A DNA stretch of 64,000 nt, taken from Pirellulales bacterium (GTDB lineage Bacteria > Planctomycetota > Planctomycetia > Pirellulales > Lacipirellulaceae). The position numbers and the translations under genes were made by a program. Location of the stretch: contig JBGSMO010000487.1 in assembly GCA_041740115.1 (NCBI GenBank), positions 7,953-71,952 on the forward strand. Reading direction: 5' to 3'. Below are positions 26,001-35,235 of this stretch, piece after piece. How positions within the stretch are numbered: the stretch's first letter is position 1; every line of letters starts with the position of its first letter. The notes beneath the pieces are model-generated. The model saw only the letters and a list, made by a program, of their open reading frames with translations. It searched no databases and was not told where the DNA came from.

Positions 26001-27224
26001 ATGGCATCGTTATCAACTTACCAAGACGGCAAGAAAAAAGGCCGGCATCGCGTCCTGTTCACCGACCCCACCGGCAAGCGGCAGACGATCTACCTTGATC
26101 GCATTCCCAAGAAAACGGCCGAGGGCGTTCAACGCGCCATCACCGAGCTTGAGCGATCGGCCCGCTACGGTCACTCGGCGGCAGACTTCGCGTTGGCATG
26201 GCTATCGACCGCCGGCGATGAGATCCGCGAACGACTGACGAAGTTCGGGCTCGCGTCGGCTCGCATGGTCGAAGCGCCCGAGGCGGTAACTCTCGGCACG
26301 CTGGTCGACCTGTACCAGCTTCGCCCCGAGTGGCAGCAGCTGAAGCCCAAGACGATCAAGAACAAGTTGCGCCACTTCAAGCTGGCCCTGGCGTTCTACG
26401 GCGCCGACAAGCCGGTCGAGTCGATCACCAAGGCCGACGCCAAGGCGTTCTACGCGATGCTGCAGCTTCCCGAGGCCAAGGGAGGGCACGACTTCGCCGT
26501 CGCCACGGCCAACCAGACGGCCTCGACGCTGTTCGCTCTGGTCAGCTTCGCCATCGACGCCGAGCTGGTCGACCGGAACGTGTTCAAGGTTCTGCCGCGG
26601 AAGGCCCGAAAGGGGAACAACGTAAACGTCAGCGAGGCTGTCAGCCTTGCAGTGCTCGATTCGCTGCAGACCACCGAGGACAAGCTGCTGTTCGCCCTGG
26701 GGCGCTGGGGCGGGCTACGGATGCCCTCTGAGGGGACGCAGCTACGCTGGCAGGACGTTGATTGGGAAAGGGAGCGTTTCTACACTCGCAGCCCTAAGAC
26801 CGAGCGCCACGAGGGCAGGGAAGGGCGTTGGGTGCCGATCTACCCGCCGTTGGCGCCGCTGTTCCGCGAGATGTTCGAGAAAGCCGCCGACGGCGCCGTC
26901 TACGTTCTCCCGAACTATTGTCATGCGATCTACTCCAAGCCGACGCAGACGCTCAAACAAGCGATCAAGCACGCGGGCGTCGAGCCATGGCCAAGAGCGT
27001 GGCACAGTTGCCGAGCGACGCGGCAGACGGAACTGGCGGCCGATTTTCCGGCTCATGTCGTCGCGAGTTGGATGGGAAACACCGTCGCGGTCGCCGACGC
27101 TCACTACCTGATGGTGCGTGAACTCGACTTTGCAAAAGCAACGCGCAAAGCAACGCAGCACACGCCCGCAACGACGGATAACGAGAAGAAAACGGCTGGC
27201 GTGAACCCTGCAAATCCTCGATAA
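26001..27224 (+). CDS. Tyrosine recombinase 2, likely the integrase for the comF site
   Basis: N-terminal arm-binding-like region (GRHRVLFTDPTGKRQTIYL); RWGGLRMPSE (R), SPKTE (K), WHSCRAT (HxxR), WMGNT...AHY (Y); ends 50 bp from the right att core. Confidence 0.94.
   Translation: MASLSTYQDGKKKGRHRVLFTDPTGKRQTIYLDRIPKKTAEGVQRAITELERSARYGHSAADFALAWLSTAGDEIRERLTKFGLASARMVEAPEAVTLGTLVDLYQLRPEWQQLKPKTIKNKLRHFKLALAFYGADKPVESITKADAKAFYAMLQLPEAKGGHDFAVATANQTASTLFALVSFAIDAELVDRNVFKVLPRKARKGNNVNVSEAVSLAVLDSLQTTEDKLLFALGRWGGLRMPSEGTQLRWQDVDWERERFYTRSPKTERHEGREGRWVPIYPPLAPLFREMFEKAADGAVYVLPNYCHAIYSKPTQTLKQAIKHAGVEPWPRAWHSCRATRQTELAADFPAHVVASWMGNTVAVADAHYLMVRELDFAKATRKATQHTPATTDNEKKTAGVNPANPR
27138..27156 (+). 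repeat. Putative integrase arm-type site (right), inside the integrase CDS
   Basis: GCAACGCGCAAAGCAACGC, identical to 15094-15112; translated as part of KATRKATQ. Confidence 0.8.
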
Positions 27225-27263
27225 TTGCAGGCTGTTGCAGGTGGTTGCCGTTCTATTCCGGAC

Positions 27264-27905
27264 CTAAAGAGCGTCTAAATGATAGGACGCACCTACAGCC
27301 ATTTCTCCCGCCAAATTGCGAAATCGCGCGGGGCGTGATAACCCGACCTGGGGCGGCACATCCCGCACAAGCCGCAGCATCTCGCCCGCGCAGGGGACGT
27401 TCAGCTTTTCGGCGAGGCGGCGAGCGATCAGTTGCGGTGCATTCGCGCCTCGTTGCCATCGGCGCCACCGGTGCATCGGGACGGCGGTGACGACGTCGAT
27501 CTGTAACTCCAGTAGCTGGTTGCTGAGCCGCTGCCATGCCAGTTCGGCGAGCGCGTGCGTCACGACCCCTTGGCGATCGGCCTTCGTGCGCATCACGAGT
27601 TGCCGTAACAGCCCTTCGTAGCTGCCGAGCGCGATCGCCCGCTGGAAGCGAAGCTTGTCGCCGCGGCAGTGGTTGCAGGCGAGGTCGACGCCATTCGTCG
27701 AGGGGACCGGCGCAGCGCAGCGGGGGCAGACTGGCCAGTCGATGAATTCGAGGCGCTCTTCACACTCTCGGCAGATGGGTGACTCGCGCTGCTCTTCGCC
27801 GAGGTCGCCGTGGCAGGCGATGCATTTGGCGGGGAAGAGGAGATCGAGGCCGGCGCCTACGGCGTGTCGCCACCATCGAGTTCGTTGAGTTGGCGGTGTT
27901 GGCAT
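27264..27905 (-). pseudogene. comF: comF 5' fragment (double zinc ribbon + N-part of PRTase), truncated by the element
   Basis: LDLLFPAKCIAC...CREC...CPRC...CNHC, TAVPMHRWRRWQRGAN and QVGLSRPARFRNL; ends ASYHL+DAL* at the att core and lacks the DD..TTGAT motif found at 14898-15035. Confidence 0.95.
27275..27289. repeat. Right attachment core (15-bp direct repeat)
   Basis: CTAAATGATAGGACG, identical to 15035-15049. Confidence 0.96.
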
Positions 27906-28141
27906 GCGCTTCGATCCGGTCGGCGGTTCGATTGAGTAGTCTCAAGATGGATATTCTGGGGCGGGGGAGTGCGGGGTGCAAGCATTTTGGCTGGCGGACG
28001 GACCCCTTGGAGTACCGCGGGGTGACGGCTGCCGGCTCGCAGGCGACGCCTTTCTCGCACCGTGCGGCCGAGCTTGACGCTAGCTGCCGCTCTCAACTAC
28101 CCTCCGCGGCTTCACTCCCGCAGCATGCCGGCGTTCGCGCG

Positions 28142-29272
28142 ATGTTCATCCTCAACCGATACCTGCTGCGGCAATTCTTGCAGGTGTTTCTCATCTGCTT
28201 TTTGAGCCTCACCGGGCTCTACATCGTTATCGACGCCTTTGGGCACCTCGACCACTTCTCGTCGTACGCCGAGAAGGGAGGGAGCCTCTTCGGCATCATG
28301 GCCCAGTATTACGCCTACCACAGTCTCGCTTTTTTCGACGGGACGAGCGGCATCCTGGCGATGATCTCAGCGATGTTCACCGTCACCTGGTTGCAACGGC
28401 ATCAGGAACTGACGGCGATCATGGCGGCTGGCATCTCGAAGATGCGGATCATGAAGCCGATCCTCTTTGCCGCGGCGAGCGTCAGTCTGCTTGGCGTGGC
28501 GAATCGCGAGTTGGTGATTCCGCGCGTCCGCGATGAACTGACGCGCGACACGAAGGACCTCGGCGGCGACGCGGCGCGCGATCTGGAGCCGCGGTTCGAT
28601 CGCAATGGCATCCTCATCGGCGGCGAGAAGATCATCCTCGGCGAGCGGAAGATTCTCAAACCAGCGTTTGTCTTGCCGGCGGAACTCGCCAAGAGCGGCC
28701 AGCAGCTTGTCGCGGCGGAAGCTTATTACAAAGACGCTGAAGAGGGCCGACCGGCGGGGTTCGTCCTCACCGGGGTCACCGCCCCTTCGCGGGTCGACAA
28801 GATGGCGTCAGTCCTCATCGGCGATCAGCCGGTGATTGTGACGCCGCAAGATGTGCCGTGGCTGGGCTCGAACGACTTGTTCGTCGTGAGCGACATACCA
28901 TTTCCAGTCTTAGCGAGCGGCTCGAACTGGCGGAAGTACGCCTCGATTGGCGAGCTCATTCACGAGCTCAACGATCCCGGCGCCGACCTGGGCGCCGACG
29001 TGCGGGTGACCGTTCACACGCGGCTGGTGCAGCCGCTGATGGACGGGACGCTGCTGATGCTCGGCTTGCCGTTGATGTTGTCGCGGAGCAACCGGAACAT
29101 CTTCCTGTCGATCGGCATCTGCATGGGCGTGGCGACGGCGTTCACGCTGATTGCGCTGAGCTGCCAGTCGCTCGGCGCCGTGAACATGCTGCGGCCGTCG
29201 CTGGCGGCATGGTTGCCGCTGCTGATCTTCGTGCCGGTGGCGGCTGGGATGAGCCAGACGCTGCGGACGTAG
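28142..29272 (+). CDS. LptF/LptG (YjgP/YjgQ) family permease
   Basis: MFILNRYLLRQF, ELTAIMAAGISKMRIMKP and PSLAAWLPLLIF motifs. Confidence 0.9.
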   Translation: MFILNRYLLRQFLQVFLICFLSLTGLYIVIDAFGHLDHFSSYAEKGGSLFGIMAQYYAYHSLAFFDGTSGILAMISAMFTVTWLQRHQELTAIMAAGISKMRIMKPILFAAASVSLLGVANRELVIPRVRDELTRDTKDLGGDAARDLEPRFDRNGILIGGEKIILGERKILKPAFVLPAELAKSGQQLVAAEAYYKDAEEGRPAGFVLTGVTAPSRVDKMASVLIGDQPVIVTPQDVPWLGSNDLFVVSDIPFPVLASGSNWRKYASIGELIHELNDPGADLGADVRVTVHTRLVQPLMDGTLLMLGLPLMLSRSNRNIFLSIGICMGVATAFTLIALSCQSLGAVNMLRPSLAAWLPLLIFVPVAAGMSQTLRT

Positions 29273-29278
29273 GTTCCG

Positions 29279-29363
29279 GTAGGTTGGGCCTTCCAGCCGA
29301 CGGAAGCGCCAAAAGGCTCCGCTATCGCAGCGAGCTGCCTGTCGGGCTGAAAGCCCAACCTAC
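29279..29363. repeat. REPIN-like doublet, GTAGGTTGGGC family, copy A
   Basis: GTAGGTTGGGC...GCCGAC with an inverted GTCGGGCTGAAAGCCCAACCTAC; related to 37056-37163. Confidence 0.85.
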
Positions 29364-29481
29364 GTGAGGGTTGAGAATCTGGCTGCCTAGAGATAGGCTG
29401 GTTCTCCTGCGAAATTTCAAGCTGCGCGTGACGATCTCGGCAGCGACCATAACCTATGGACAATGGACCCTCGGAGCTGCC

Positions 29482-29916
29482 ATGAAAGTCGCCACGATGA
29501 CCACGAACAAGGGCGTTATTCGTCTGGAACTGTTCGCCGACAAGACCCCCAAGACGGTTGAAAATTTCGAGAAGCTCGCCAAGCAGGGCTTCTACAATGG
29601 GCTGAAGTTTCACCGCGTGATCGAAGACTTCATGATCCAGGGGGGCTGCCCCGAAGGGACCGGCACCGGCGGTCCGGGCTACAAGTTCGCCGATGAATTC
29701 CATCCGGAACTGAAGCACTCGGGACCCGGCATTCTGTCGATGGCCAATTCAGGCCCGAACACCAACGGCTCGCAGTTCTTCATCACGCACGTCGCCACCC
29801 CCTGGCTCGACGGTAAGCACACGGTGTTTGGCAAGGTGCTCGATAAGGGGCAAGACGTCGTCAATAAGATCAAGCAGGGTGATAAGATCGAGACGCTGGT
29901 CATTGCTGACGAGTAG
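29482..29916 (+). CDS. Cyclophilin-type peptidyl-prolyl cis-trans isomerase
   Basis: [38 protein letters not shown] and [10 protein letters not shown]. Confidence 0.96.
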   Translation: MKVATMTTNKGVIRLELFADKTPKTVENFEKLAKQGFYNGLKFHRVIEDFMIQGGCPEGTGTGGPGYKFADEFHPELKHSGPGILSMANSGPNTNGSQFFITHVATPWLDGKHTVFGKVLDKGQDVVNKIKQGDKIETLVIADE

Positions 29917-29934
29917 TCTTTCATTAAAGACAAA

Positions 29935-30032
29935 GACGAATAGGACGCGGATTGTCGCGGATCGGACGGATTGACCCGGATATTGATACGCGAACATCCG
30001 CTCAATCCGCGACAATCCGCGTCCTATTCGTC
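29935..30032. repeat. Perfect 28-bp inverted repeat with 10-nt-periodic arms
   Basis: 29935-29962 GACGAATAGGACGCGGATTGTCGCGGAT pairs exactly with 30005-30032. Confidence 0.9.
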
Positions 30033-30245
30033 ATTCGTACGGGGAAGTGCTGAGCGTCCGTTGCGGGTCTAGCGTCCCAGCGCGATGTACAGCGGCGGCT
30101 CGTCGGGAGCCTCGCGCTGCTGGTGTCATGGCGGTTATTCCGGCTGTAGCGTCCGCGTTGTTTGCGGAGAAGTCATCTGAGCGGCGAGCTATCCTTTCGG
30201 CTAGTGAAGGATTAGCACCAAGCCTCTCCGTTCAGCGCCGCCGAT

Positions 30246-31379
30246 ATGCTCCAAGTCCGTGAGATCAATCAACTTTCCGAGCTCTCCGCGCTGCGCGAAA
30301 CGTGGAGCCGACTGCTGCGTGCGACGCCCCGTTACTCGTTCTTTCAGACGCTCGAGTGGCTGGAGGCGGCATGGGACCACTACCCGCAGCAGCGCTTGCG
30401 GGCCGTGGTCGTTGAGCGCGACGGCGAAGTTATCGGCATCGTGCCGTTCTGCGTTCGCACGGAGCGGCGGCGGATTGGCGCCGTGCGGGTGCTGACGTAC
30501 CCGCTCGACGATTGGTCGACTTTCTACGGCCCGATCAGCGCTGAACCGGCCATCGTGATAAAAGCGGCGCTGAGGCATATCGAGGCGACGCCGCACGATT
30601 TGGACTTCATCGATCTTCGCTACGTCGATCAAGCGACCGTCGAGTATATGGCGATCGGCGAAACGTTCCGCGAACTTGGCAGCCGCTTCTTTGTTCGTCC
30701 GCGAATGGAAGTCCGCTTCTGCAGCATGAGCGAAGGATGGGAGTCGTACGTCGAGAGTCGCTCGCGCAACTGGCGGCGACAAATGCGGCGCGACATCGAG
30801 GTCTTGGAGAAGACTGGCCCTGTCGAGTTGCTGCGGTATCGGCCGGAAGCAGGCGGCACGGGGCGCGATGCGCGCACCGTCGAGATTTATGAGATCTGCG
30901 AACAGATCGCCGCGAAGAGTTGGCAGGCCGAGGCGGAATCGCAAAGCACGCTCTCGTCGCCGCGCGTCCGCAATCTGCTGCTGGAAATCCATTGCCGGGC
31001 GGCGGCGCTGGGAATGCTCGACACGAACATTCTCACGGTGGGCGGCCTGCCGGTCGCGTTCAATTACAACTACGTCGCCGATGGGCGCACCTACGGCTTG
31101 CGGGCCGGGTTCGATCCGACGGCCGAAATGGAACACTGCGGGCGGATCCTGCTCTACAAGATGCTCGAAGATTCGTTCGCCCGCGGCGACGAGGAATACA
31201 GCTTCGGACCGGGGCGGCAGGCGTATAAAGATCGGTTTGCGACGAAAATGCGATACGCCTATACTTTTCGGAGCTACTCGCGGTCGTCGCTCAAGGCGCG
31301 GCTGCTGCAATGGCGCGAGCGGATTGCCGATAGCCTGTATTCAGAAAAAGATTTGGTTGAGAAGAATCTCGTCGATTGA
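30246..31379 (+). CDS. GNAT family acetyltransferase (CelD/BcsL-like)
   Basis: FFQTLEWLEA, SRNWRRQMRR and GRILLYKML...GDEEYSFGPG..YKDRF fit the Acetyltransf_6 pattern. Confidence 0.85.
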   Translation: MLQVREINQLSELSALRETWSRLLRATPRYSFFQTLEWLEAAWDHYPQQRLRAVVVERDGEVIGIVPFCVRTERRRIGAVRVLTYPLDDWSTFYGPISAEPAIVIKAALRHIEATPHDLDFIDLRYVDQATVEYMAIGETFRELGSRFFVRPRMEVRFCSMSEGWESYVESRSRNWRRQMRRDIEVLEKTGPVELLRYRPEAGGTGRDARTVEIYEICEQIAAKSWQAEAESQSTLSSPRVRNLLLEIHCRAAALGMLDTNILTVGGLPVAFNYNYVADGRTYGLRAGFDPTAEMEHCGRILLYKMLEDSFARGDEEYSFGPGRQAYKDRFATKMRYAYTFRSYSRSSLKARLLQWRERIADSLYSEKDLVEKNLVD

Positions 31380-31556
31380 GTCCTGGTAGTTTGACCCTCG
31401 GGGGCTTTGCCCGTGGGCTATTCGCACGATGCTGATGCGGTAGGCGACGCGATTACCCGGTAGAGGGGCAGCGCCGGCTTGCTTGACCCCGCCGTCGGCA
31501 TCGGCCAGCATGGCAGCGACGCTTGTGAGTCGTCGCTTGTCACCGGGGGCGTATCG

Positions 31557-33821
31557 ATGCTCAACCTCTTCTCGGCGCTGCTGCTGTCCGTTGTCTTGCC
31601 CGCGGGCGAGTCGCCCGAGGCGCTGCCGCTGCAACATTTTCCTGATCGTTTCCACGCCTTCGTCTGGCGGAATTGGCAGATCACGCCGATTGAGCGAATG
31701 GCGGCGGCAACGGGGGCGACGCCTGAGCAAATCAGTGCCGTTGGCGAGTCGATGGGGCTGGCCCCGCCGCCGCCGATCTCGGCGGATCAGTGGCGACGAT
31801 CGTACGTCACGGTGATTCGCGCCAATTGGCACCTGCTCCCCTACGACCAATTGCTGAAGTTGCTCGACTGGTCGCCCGATGAACTCGCCTTCACGTTGCG
31901 TGAGGACGATTTCTTGATGGTGAAGTTGGGGAACCTGAAGCCTCGCTGTGAGCCGCTGGCGTACGTGCCGCCGGATGAGGCGACTCGCGCGCGGACCAAG
32001 GAGATCGCCGCGATCTTAGCTGAAGTTTTTCCAGAAAAGGTCGGCGAGTTGCGCGAGCCGCTCTTTCACTTTGTCGAGGAGCTATCGGCCCCAGTCATGG
32101 GAGAGGCGACGGCCGCGGCGTCCCCAGCCGTGGAAGCGCCGCGATATTGCTACTCCTACTTTGCTCTCTACGGCGATCCATTGCTCGACGACGACCTGGA
32201 TCCTTATCCAGATGGCTATTTGGCTCGGCTCCGCGCAACCGGCGTGAACGGCGTTTGGCTGCAGGGCGTGTTGCCGAAGCTGACGCCGTTTCCGTGGGAT
32301 CCCGCGCTGAGCGTTGGGTACGAGACGCGCTTGAAGAATCTGGCGGCGCTCGTAGAGCGGGCGAAGCGCCACGGCATCGGCGTCTATCTCTATCTGAACG
32401 AGCCGCGGTCGATGCCGGTCGCTTGGTTAGAGACGCACCCCGAATTAAAGGGGGTGACCGAGGGGGAGTTTGCGGCGCTCTGCACGAGCCATCCTGAGGT
32501 GCAGCGGTATCTGCGCGACGGGGTCGCGTCGATTGTCCGCCGCGTGCCTGATCTGGCGGGAGTCTTCACGATCTCGGCGTCGGAGAATCTCACCAGCTGT
32601 TGGTCGCACTATCAGGGAAAGGCTTGTCCTCGCTGCAGCGGGAGGCCTGCCGGCGAGGTGATTGCCGAAGTGAACGCCCTGATCGGCGAAGGCGTGCGGT
32701 CGGCGGGGTCGTCGACGCGCATGATTGCTTGGGATTGGGGGTGGCAAGACGAGTGGGCCGAGGCGGCGGTCGGGGCGATGCCTGTGGAGAACGCAGTGAT
32801 GAGCGTCAGTGAATGGAGCCTGCCGATCGAGCGCGGCGGCGTGAAGGCGACGGTGGGGGAGTATTCGATCTCGGCGATTGGGCCGGGACCTCGAGCGGAG
32901 CGGCAATGGAAAGCGGCCAAATCGCGCGGCATGCCGGCCTTTGCGAAGCTGCAGGTCGGGACCACCTGGGAACTTGGTTCCGTCCCCTATTTGCCGGCGA
33001 TGATGAACGTGGCCGAGCATATGGGCCGGTTGCGGGCGGCGAACGTCGACGGCGTTATGTTGGGTTGGACGCTGGGGGGATACCCGTCGCCCAATCTGGA
33101 AACGGCGTCACGAGTTCTCCAAGGGGAAGCGCCCCACGACGCGCTGCAGGCGACGGCGACTCGGCGGTTTGGGGCAGCGCACGCCGCGGGGGTGTTACGC
33201 GCTTGGCGAGAGTTTAGCGAGGGGCTCAAGCAGTACCCCTACGACGGCACCGTGGTTTACAACGGGCCGCACCACGTGGGGCCGGCGAACCTGCTGTGGG
33301 AGCGGCCGACTGGCTACCGCGCGACGATGGTGGGAATTCCCTACGACGATGTGACGGGCTGGCGCGGTCCCTATCCGGCGGAGACGCTGGCCAATCAATT
33401 CGCGCTCGTTGCCGACGGGTTCGACCGCGGGGTGAGCGAATTGCACAACGAGCGGGCGACGCCGGGCGAATTCGACGAGGCGCTCGGGCGGGAGGAGAGC
33501 GTCGGCGAGGCGGCGGCGATTCTGTTTCGGAGCGCTGCTAACCAGACGCGGTTCGTGCTTGCCAGGGATCGCTTGGCGACGCGTGGCCCGGCGGACGATG
33601 CAGAGCCAACGCTGCAGGAGATCAAAGCGTTGTTGCGGGCGGAGATTGAACTTGCTCGACGGCTGTATGCCATTCAGACGAACGATTCACGCATTGGATT
33701 TGAGGCGACGAATCACTACTTCTTCACGCCGATGGATCTGGCGGAAAAGGTGCTTAACAGCCGTGATTTGCTGGAGCGATGGCTCCCTGCGGAGCGTCAG
33801 CGGCTGGCAAATTTGCGGTAA
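31557..33821 (+). CDS. Secreted hypothetical protein, possible glycoside-hydrolase-like TIM barrel
   Basis: Signal-like MLNLFSALLLSVVLPA; GVNGVWL, GIGVYLYLNEP and ALCTSHPEVQRYL...VPDLAGVFTISASEN resemble GH-like barrels. Confidence 0.6.
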   Translation: MLNLFSALLLSVVLPAGESPEALPLQHFPDRFHAFVWRNWQITPIERMAAATGATPEQISAVGESMGLAPPPPISADQWRRSYVTVIRANWHLLPYDQLLKLLDWSPDELAFTLREDDFLMVKLGNLKPRCEPLAYVPPDEATRARTKEIAAILAEVFPEKVGELREPLFHFVEELSAPVMGEATAAASPAVEAPRYCYSYFALYGDPLLDDDLDPYPDGYLARLRATGVNGVWLQGVLPKLTPFPWDPALSVGYETRLKNLAALVERAKRHGIGVYLYLNEPRSMPVAWLETHPELKGVTEGEFAALCTSHPEVQRYLRDGVASIVRRVPDLAGVFTISASENLTSCWSHYQGKACPRCSGRPAGEVIAEVNALIGEGVRSAGSSTRMIAWDWGWQDEWAEAAVGAMPVENAVMSVSEWSLPIERGGVKATVGEYSISAIGPGPRAERQWKAAKSRGMPAFAKLQVGTTWELGSVPYLPAMMNVAEHMGRLRAANVDGVMLGWTLGGYPSPNLETASRVLQGEAPHDALQATATRRFGAAHAAGVLRAWREFSEGLKQYPYDGTVVYNGPHHVGPANLLWERPTGYRATMVGIPYDDVTGWRGPYPAETLANQFALVADGFDRGVSELHNERATPGEFDEALGREESVGEAAAILFRSAANQTRFVLARDRLATRGPADDAEPTLQEIKALLRAEIELARRLYAIQTNDSRIGFEATNHYFFTPMDLAEKVLNSRDLLERWLPAERQRLANLR

Positions 33822-33942
33822 TAGTCCGCCCGTGGACCGCATTGCAAGGGGTTGTAGGAACGGTCGCCGCTTTCGCCCCGCTAGCGGGTGGGGGTATATT
33901 AGCCGCTTGGTTTGCCACTCTGACCTTGGAGTAACTGCCGTG

Positions 33943-35235
33943 ATGGTTGCACGATTTTCCGCCGCGATGGCCTGTTTGTTGATGTTTGCCTCCGTCACGA
34001 CAGCGGCGGAGGAGAACCAACCGCCCAAAGGCTTTACGGCTCTGTTCGACGGCAAGGATCTGAAGGGGTGGAAGGGGGGCTCGACGGCCGATCCGCGGAA
34101 GATCACGCCTGAACAGCAGGCGGCTTGGGATGCGGATGTTCCTAAGCATTGGAAGGTGGAGGATGGCCAACTGGTGAGCGACGGCCATGGACCCCATTTG
34201 GTGACCGACAAGGACTACGGCGACTTTGAGTTGTGGGTCGATTGGAAGCTTTCGCCCAAGGGGGACAGCGGCATCTACATCCGCGACACGCCGCAGGTGC
34301 AGTTGTGGGACCCGACCAACGAAGAAGCCCACCAGCACGGCTCGGACAAAGGTTCAGGGGGGCTGTGGAACAACGAGAACGCCGACCGTTGGCCGAGCGA
34401 AGTGGCCGACAAGCCGATCGGCGAGTGGAACCGGATGTACGTCCGAATGGTGGGCGACAAGGTGACGGTGGTGCTGAACGACAAGAAGGTCGTCGACAAT
34501 GTAGTGCTGGAGAACTACTTCGACCGCTCACTTCCGGTGTTCCCCCAGGGAACGATTCAGCTGCAGACGCATGGGAGCGAGACGCGGTTTAAGAACGTCT
34601 TTGTGCGGGAAATCCCGGCCGATGAGGCGGCGAAGCTCTTGTCGGAGATCGGCGGCGGCGAAGAGGGGTTTGTGGAACTGCTGAACGGCAAGGACCTGAC
34701 TGGCTGGGTCGGGGCGACCAAGGATTACGAGATCGTCGATGGCGCCGTCCAGGCGAAGAAGGGGGCCGGAGGGAATCTGCTGACGGAGAAGGAGTACGAC
34801 AATTTCGCCGTGCGGTTGGAGTTCAAGCTGCCGCCGGGGGGGAATAACGGGTTGGCGATTCGCTCGCCCGGTCCTGGTGCCGACGCGGCGTTTGACGCGG
34901 TGGAATTGCAGGTGCTCGACGATTCGCCCGAGCATTATCCCGACTTGCAGCCCTATCAGTCGCACGGCAGCGCTTACGGCTTGGCCCCCGCTGCGAGGGG
35001 GTATCTGCGGCCGGTCGGCGAGTGGAACTACCAGGAGACGATCGTCGACGGCGATCACATCGAAGTTCACCTGAACGGGCACAAGATTCTCGATACGAAT
35101 CTGGCCGAGGTGCGGGAAAAGCCGATGGATGGCCGGCCTCATCCTGGGGCCGCCCGGACGAAGGGGCATTTTGGGTTTGCCGGGCATGGCGACCCGGTGG
35201 CCTTCCGCAAGGTGCGGATTAAGGAATTGAAGTAG
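33943..35235 (+). CDS. Tandem DUF1080 (3-keto-disaccharide hydrolase family) secreted protein
   Basis: Two repeats with LFDGKDLKGW/LLNGKDLTGW, NSG-type motifs, GEWN, and G.I.LQ.HG / GHFGFAGHG. Confidence 0.92.
   Translation: MVARFSAAMACLLMFASVTTAAEENQPPKGFTALFDGKDLKGWKGGSTADPRKITPEQQAAWDADVPKHWKVEDGQLVSDGHGPHLVTDKDYGDFELWVDWKLSPKGDSGIYIRDTPQVQLWDPTNEEAHQHGSDKGSGGLWNNENADRWPSEVADKPIGEWNRMYVRMVGDKVTVVLNDKKVVDNVVLENYFDRSLPVFPQGTIQLQTHGSETRFKNVFVREIPADEAAKLLSEIGGGEEGFVELLNGKDLTGWVGATKDYEIVDGAVQAKKGAGGNLLTEKEYDNFAVRLEFKLPPGGNNGLAIRSPGPGADAAFDAVELQVLDDSPEHYPDLQPYQSHGSAYGLAPAARGYLRPVGEWNYQETIVDGDHIEVHLNGHKILDTNLAEVREKPMDGRPHPGAARTKGHFGFAGHGDPVAFRKVRIKELK

Larger units (their letters stand above)
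15035..27289 (+). mobile_element. Integrated phage-satellite-like (PICI-like) element in comF; 12,240-bp excisable unit
   Basis: Flanked by a perfect 15-bp direct repeat that splits comF. Carries two tyrosine recombinases, an excisionase-like HTH, primase-helicase, Nu1-like protein and tape-measure-like protein, all on the + strand. Confidence 0.93.

Noticed and set aside
15035-27289. Complete prophage
   Set aside because: No recognisable large terminase, portal, major capsid, tail tube or lysis genes, and only 12 kb long.
15035-27289. ICE or conjugative element
   Set aside because: No relaxase, coupling protein or T4SS motifs seen.
27225-27300. tRNA-based attachment site
   Set aside because: No tRNA-like sequence (e.g. 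GGTTCGAATCC) at either end; the core is comF coding sequence. No tRNA or rRNA was recognised anywhere in the window.
27264-27905. Intact 213-aa gene as listed in the ORF track
   Set aside because: It lacks the PRPP-binding motif, which lies 12 kb away; the last three residues come from element DNA.
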